DNA of 64,000 bases from Euryarchaeota archaeon RBG_19FT_COMBO_56_21 (GTDB lineage: Archaea; Thermoplasmatota; Thermoplasmata; UBA10834): positions 11,193 through 75,192 of the forward strand of contig MGWC01000061.1 of assembly GCA_001800815.1 (NCBI GenBank), written 5' to 3'. The notes beneath the pieces are model-generated. The model did not search any database, was not told the DNA's origin, and worked only from the letters and a program-made list of their open reading frames with translations. This document shows, in pieces, positions 62,768-64,000 of the stretch. Numbering within the stretch: the stretch's first letter is position 1; every line of letters begins with the position of its first letter. The translations under genes were made by a program, and so were the position numbers.

Positions 62768-64000
62768 TTGTCAGACTCCAGCGGGGACAAGCTCTGTCCG
62801 ATATGCGATTCCCCCCTACAACCCGGTTCGAAGAAGTGTAGCTTCTGTGGAACTGATCTCTCGATTTTCGATATCGAGATGGAGCCGAGCAGAACCACGT
62901 CGGAACCAGCACCCTCACAACCCAAGGCAACTCTTGAGAGCAAGATCGAAGAGATACTCAGGCCAAGGCCTATGGTGACGACCCCGGTAGCTCCTGTGAC
63001 CCCCTCGCCTCCTCCTGCGAAGAGGGTTGAGCAGCCGAAGCCAGCACCGCCGAAGGTGGAACGAACGATCTCAGAGGTTGTGGAGTCGAAGAGGGTTCCT
63101 GAACCGCCGAAACCGGCTCCTCCTGTTATTGCTGAAGCGCCTAAGGAGTACTTTGAATGCCCACAATGTGGCACCGCGATGGAGATCACCGCGAAGTCGT
63201 GCCCAAAATGCGGAGTGATGTTCGCAGAAGAGGGCGCCGATTCCTTCGAATGTCCTGCATGCAGTAGTCTCGTGCCGCTCGATGCCAAGACGTGCCCAGG
63301 ATGCGGTGCGGTTTTCGTGGAAGAAGAGGAAGCCGCTTCTGCCCCGCCTCCGACGCCTTGGAAACCTCCAGAGAGACCGGTCGCAGAAGTGAGGATTCCT
63401 CCAGCCAAGGCAGAGGTTAAGGAACCGCCGAAGGCAGAGGTAGAGGAAGAGGCGGCTGAGAAGGGCAGGGGCTTCATGGGATTGTTCAAGCGCAAGAAGG
63501 AGCCAGAGCCGACACCTTCTCCGGGGAAACCCGCTCCATCACCAACCGCTCAGGCCCCGAAAGCGCCCGCCCCGGCTCAGAAACCAGCAGAAGCCAAGGT
63601 CATCAGAGAGGTCGCTCCCGCACCTGCACCGAAGCCGCCGGCGAGGCCCGCTGTCTTTGAAGCGCCGGGTGCGAGGGACAAGGGCAAAGACCTCGCGAGG
63701 ATGGTCGCCGAGATGAAGCCTCTTCTCGCCGTCGCTAGGGAGAAGGATGTCGATATCGGCGAGAGCAAGCTCTTGATCGACGAGGCCGCGGTTGCGGGAA
63801 GAGAGCGCCAGCTGGACAAGGCAATCGAGCTCGTTGAGAAGTCCAAGACAGTGCTGATGGGTAAGATCGATGCGCAGCTGGGACAGCTGGTCCTCCAGCT
63901 GAACGATGAGACCAAGGCGGCGAGGGAGTTTGGAGGAGACATCTCCCGCGCCACGACTTACATTCAGGAGCTAGCCAGGGCACGTTCCTCGGGCGATGTC
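62768..64000 (+). CDS. triple zinc-ribbon, Pro-rich protein with helical C-terminal region (3' end outside window)
   Basis: Absent from the ORF track because it has no stop within the window. I translated 411 codons by hand without a stop. AGGAGG lies 9 nt upstream of the TTG at 62768. Three CxxC-N(10-13)-CxxC ribbons are present (CPICD..CSFCG, CPQCG..CPKCG, CPACS..CPGCG). Confidence 0.7.
   Translation, partial: MSDSSGDKLCPICDSPLQPGSKKCSFCGTDLSIFDIEMEPSRTTSEPAPSQPKATLESKIEEILRPRPMVTTPVAPVTPSPPPAKRVEQPKPAPPKVERTISEVVESKRVPEPPKPAPPVIAEAPKEYFECPQCGTAMEITAKSCPKCGVMFAEEGADSFECPACSSLVPLDAKTCPGCGAVFVEEEEAASAPPPTPWKPPERPVAEVRIPPAKAEVKEPPKAEVEEEAAEKGRGFMGLFKRKKEPEPTPSPGKPAPSPTAQAPKAPAPAQKPAEAKVIREVAPAPAPKPPARPAVFEAPGARDKGKDLARMVAEMKPLLAVAREKDVDIGESKLLIDEAAVAGRERQLDKAIELVEKSKTVLMGKIDAQLGQLVLQLNDETKAAREFGGDISRATTYIQELARARSSGDV

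Noticed and set aside
62764-63983. Minus-strand ORFs 62764-63495, 63577-63954 and 63735-63983 listed in the track.
   Set aside because: Their products are G/A/S-rich strings. The plus strand carries an uninterrupted 411-codon frame with an SD, three zinc ribbons and sensible composition, so the minus ORFs are treated as shadows.

Overview
This is an archaeal chromosomal segment, GC-rich by eye (spot counts ~58-65% over most genes). About 62 protein-coding genes are densely packed on both strands. I found no rRNA, tRNA, CRISPR array, transposase or integrase.

The content is mainly core replication, energy and translation machinery:
- a complete A-type ATP synthase operon (atpHIKECFABD, 9.5-17.9 kb)
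- PolD small subunit, Orc1/Cdc6 with an adjacent predicted oriC carrying three ORB-like repeats, MCM, PriS
- FtsY, prefoldin alpha, ribosomal protein LX, TiaS, Tsr3, NMD3, HflX
- two-subunit class I fumarase, ADP-forming acetyl-CoA synthetase, thiolase
- an ECF transporter and an HPS-RraA fusion

PolD and the atp gene order indicate a euryarchaeote-like (PolD-bearing) lineage. I cannot place it more precisely from sequence alone.

The stretches most worth a second look:
1. Two separate KaiC-like ATPase modules, each pairing an intact KaiC/RecA-like ATPase with a P-loop-less DUF835-like partner. One is V4R-KaiC-DUF835. The other is a translationally coupled KaiC trio next to an orphan class-III-signal pilin gene.
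2. A 1796-aa Lhr-type helicase with a roughly 900-aa multi-winged-helix, YcaQ/AlkZ-like C-terminal extension.
3. An ECF S-component fused to an extracellular PKD domain.
4. A secreted (GGM)6 repeat protein paired with a membrane-anchored wHTH regulator and a phased TTTTCA-repeat intergenic region.
5. An orphan non-Pyl MttB homolog.
6. A long triple-zinc-ribbon ORF running off the 3' edge that is absent from the supplied ORF track.

All family assignments come from motif recognition by eye. No database search was run.
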